Source: a virus. From it: DNA of 64,000 nt. A model generated the notes under the pieces. The model worked only from the letters and a program-made list of their open reading frames with translations. It was not told where the DNA came from and ran no database searches. Where the stretch lies: IMG/VR virus record IMGVR_UViG_3300047160_003799. One strand, 5' to 3'. The translations under genes were made by a program, and so were the position numbers. Position 1 is the stretch's first letter, and each line of letters opens with the position of its first letter. Of the stretch, positions 61,987 through 64,000 are shown piece by piece.

Positions 61987-62280
61987 TTACTTGGTGGACG
62001 CCTTCGGTGACATCTTCGACGGTGCTGGCGCTGGACACACTGGTGACGCTACTGGTGCTACAGGGCAAGCGTCATGGTGATGATGGTGATGGTGGTGCCA
62101 TGGGCAGTGATGGCACTCACACGACTCTACCGTGCAATCGCAGTGGTCCACGTCGCAGTGGTGCTGTGGGCAAGCCTTGTGGTGGTGATGGTGATGGTGA
62201 TGGTCGTGGTTGAACACGACGACGCAGCCTGGCGCGACGAGCGCGAGAGCTAGTGCCGTGACTATGGCGTAGTAGCGCAT
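61987..62280 (-). CDS. secreted His/Cys-rich metal-binding-like protein (two H8 runs)
   Basis: ORF track; signal-like MRYYAIVTALALALVAPGC then HDHHHHHHHHKACPQHHCDVDHCDCTVESCECHHCPWHHHHHHHHDACP. Confidence 0.5.
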   Translation of the reverse strand: MRYYAIVTALALALVAPGCVVVFNHDHHHHHHHHKACPQHHCDVDHCDCTVESCECHHCPWHHHHHHHHDACPVAPVASPVCPAPAPSKMSPKASTK

Positions 62281-62642
62281 GTTTTCTCTTCCTTCTTCCC
62301 CTTCTTGTCTGGTAGAGGCTTTACCTTTTCCATGAGGTGCTGTTGATCTTGACGGAGAGCGGTCGCATCTGTCAACGGTGGCGTGACTATGAACTTCGGA
62401 GTAGTTGTCGGATCTTTCTCAGGTTGACCCCATTGAACCGCTACGATCTTGCCCTGCTTGTCACGGATGTAATCCAGGCTTTCGGCAGGGATAGGAACGT
62501 TGTGGGACTGAAAGATCTTTCGCAGTGTCATGATCTCTTCATTCGTTCCTGCTTGCTGAGCCTGAGCAACGAGACGCTGCGTTGTCAGTTGCTTCTCCAA
62601 GAGCCAGTCAGCTTCCGACGCAAAGAAGTCCAGACGAGGCAT
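62262..62642 (-). CDS. hypothetical protein (126 aa)
   Basis: ORF track. Confidence 0.45.
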   Translation of the reverse strand: MPRLDFFASEADWLLEKQLTTQRLVAQAQQAGTNEEIMTLRKIFQSHNVPIPAESLDYIRDKQGKIVAVQWGQPEKDPTTTPKFIVTPPLTDATALRQDQQHLMEKVKPLPDKKGKKEEKTCATTP

Positions 62643-62644
62643 TG

Positions 62645-63001
62645 TTACTCTCCTTTTGTTTCCTTTGAGTGGTCATCGTGCTTCGGCTTCGGCTTAGCTT
62701 CTGCCTTCGGCTTCGGCGCATCGTGCTTCGCTTCATCAGCCTTCGATACGACAGCAACCATATCATCGCCCTCAGATACGAGCTGAACAGATGCTCCAGC
62801 GGGAACATCTATGCCTTCGTCTTTGCACACAGCCGCTAGAGCAGACTCAGCGTCTTTCTCTCTCGATTGGGCCAAGACAACCCGTTCTTTTGCCATTGAT
62901 AGGTGGCGCTTCATCACGTTCAAGTGGCCTAGCGCCGCTGCGAGCGCACTGGCTTGCTCTGTCTTGAGCTTCTTCTTGGATAGGATAGCCATGTTAGTCA
63001 T
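62645..63001 (-). CDS. hypothetical protein (118 aa), K/P/E-rich tail
   Basis: ORF track. Confidence 0.45.
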   Translation of the reverse strand: MTNMAILSKKKLKTEQASALAAALGHLNVMKRHLSMAKERVVLAQSREKDAESALAAVCKDEGIDVPAGASVQLVSEGDDMVAVVSKADEAKHDAPKPKAEAKPKPKHDDHSKETKGE

Positions 63002-63004
63002 CCT

Positions 63005-64000
63005 TTATGCGAATACCGTGGTCTTCTTCCAGCCGCCGTTGTAGATGTAGAGGAAGTTGTTGGTCGTATCGTACCACATCGGCACGTGACCAGAGAACGC
63101 AGTTGGTACGCCTGTCGGCGGTCCAGATGCTCCAGCGGGTATGTGAACGAAACCGTCAGTTGACGTATTAGTCGTGCTGCTGAGACCAAGAACAGCGTTG
63201 CCGAAGTGATCGAAGATACCAACGTCATTGACAGTACCGATAACACCTGCGCCTGCGACATTAGAGGTCTGGAGGTGTAGATCGCCACCAGCTCCAGTGT
63301 CCCAACCACGACCAGCGACGATATTGAGCCGTCCACCAGTCTTGTTCGAGGACGAACCCCAATTCTCGCTACCACGTAGGTTCCATGCTGTTGGCGCTGA
63401 GCCGCCAGTGTTCATGCCTGAGCCGAACCACACATCAGTAATCGGGAAGCTGAACGAACCGCCAATGAGAGAGTTCGACTGGCTGTTTGTTCCACCCCAA
63501 TCGGCTGTTGCTGCGCCTAGTAGGACTGTATCGTGCGCTGTGCCAGTGGTAATTGATGTCCCGAAGCCGATGCCTACGTTTCTCACGCCGTAAACAATGT
63601 TTGAGTTACCAATGGATACATCATCGTGATCGGTTGACGAGCCACCTGACGAGTTACCAGCTTGTCCAGAATCACCAAGTACGATGCAATCGTGTAGACC
63701 CTGAGCCGATGAGTTGTCACCGATTGCGATGTTATCGTATGCACCAGTGACACCAGTGAGCCCGTCACCAGCTCCGTAACCAATCGCGATACTTGACGAT
63801 GCCGTGTTAAGATAGGCAGAACTACCGAGCGCGACTGAATTAGAGCAGGTGGCTGCGAGATTTGCACCTGTGCCTACAGCCGTACCGTTGTGGGAATGAA
63901 CTATAGTTGAGGAGCCAACGGCAGTACTATCGTCATCGTCAACTGTAACGGTGTTACCAATGGCTACGCCACCACTTGCGTGCAATGTAACGGTTTGGCC
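63005..64000 (-). CDS. Gly/Ser/Thr/Asn-rich fibre-like protein, partial (5' end likely beyond right window edge)
   Basis: ORF track 63005..63985; composition (GS/GT/NS repeats, IAIGDNSS, LLGAATADWGG) typical of phage tail-fibre / receptor-binding proteins. Confidence 0.5.
   Translation of the reverse strand, partial: GQTVTLHASGGVAIGNTVTVDDDDSTAVGSSTIVHSHNGTAVGTGANLAATCSNSVALGSSAYLNTASSSIAIGYGAGDGLTGVTGAYDNIAIGDNSSAQGLHDCIVLGDSGQAGNSSGGSSTDHDDVSIGNSNIVYGVRNVGIGFGTSITTGTAHDTVLLGAATADWGGTNSQSNSLIGGSFSFPITDVWFGSGMNTGGSAPTAWNLRGSENWGSSSNKTGGRLNIVAGRGWDTGAGGDLHLQTSNVAGAGVIGTVNDVGIFDHFGNAVLGLSSTTNTSTDGFVHIPAGASGPPTGVPTAFSGHVPMWYDTTNNFLYIYNGGWKKTTVFA

Noticed and set aside
1-64000. CRISPR arrays, integrases/transposases, IS elements
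   Set aside because: No spaced direct-repeat arrays and no recombinase/transposase signatures seen. The only repeats are coding microsatellites, the leader-coding 5' gene ends and the operator arrays.

Overview
This window reads as a high-GC (~60%) tailed-phage genome segment, probably from an actinobacterial host: GTG starts are frequent, RBSs are GGAGG/GAAAGGA, and there are PT-rich linkers and an actinophage-type Zn-finger. Transcription is organised in three blocks: a short leftward block (1-2530), a long rightward block of ~70 mostly small genes (2776-30279), and a long leftward block (30320 to beyond 64000). The two long blocks converge on a perfect hairpin at 30288-30312. The short leftward block holds a collagen-like gene running off the left edge, three tRNAs (Lys-CTT, Pro-TGG, Met-CAT) with a Clp_N-like ORF between them, and a Zn-finger protein. 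The rightward block includes recognisable genes for a TrxR-like flavoprotein, a GIY-YIG-like nuclease, an Rnl2-type RNA ligase, a zincin protease, an SPFH protein, a vWA protein and a 2OG-Fe(II) oxygenase. It also holds a tRNA-Thr, an acidic/basic protein pair and three tandem micro-TM-peptide genes. The leftward block encodes a Cys-rich secreted peptide, an HhH-GPD-like protein, a beta-class DNA methyltransferase and an 1134-aa PT-linker beta-helix (tailspike/depolymerase-like) protein. It also encodes a DEDD exonuclease, a ParB-like nuclease, a SprT-like metalloprotease, a Nudix-dTMP-kinase fusion, a His-rich secreted protein and a Gly-rich fibre-like protein running off the right edge. The most striking signal is that at least 11 otherwise unrelated proteins in the 39-62 kb leftward block begin with the same ~15-aa peptide, M-x-E-[FHY]-V-[GN]-L-K-L-[RK]-x-L-L-E-A. 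At least 6 others share a second N-terminal peptide (...I-[IH]-x-h-h-x-G-[TS]-[SA]...ALL). Two proteins carry an extra internal copy of the first peptide exactly at a domain junction. I interpret these as a previously undescribed shared targeting / processing leader system. A plausible function is capsid targeting of internal or ejected proteins, with LLE|A resembling the T4 prohead-protease cleavage context. A 5-copy ATCCCGACA operator array and several conserved start-context motifs are also noted.
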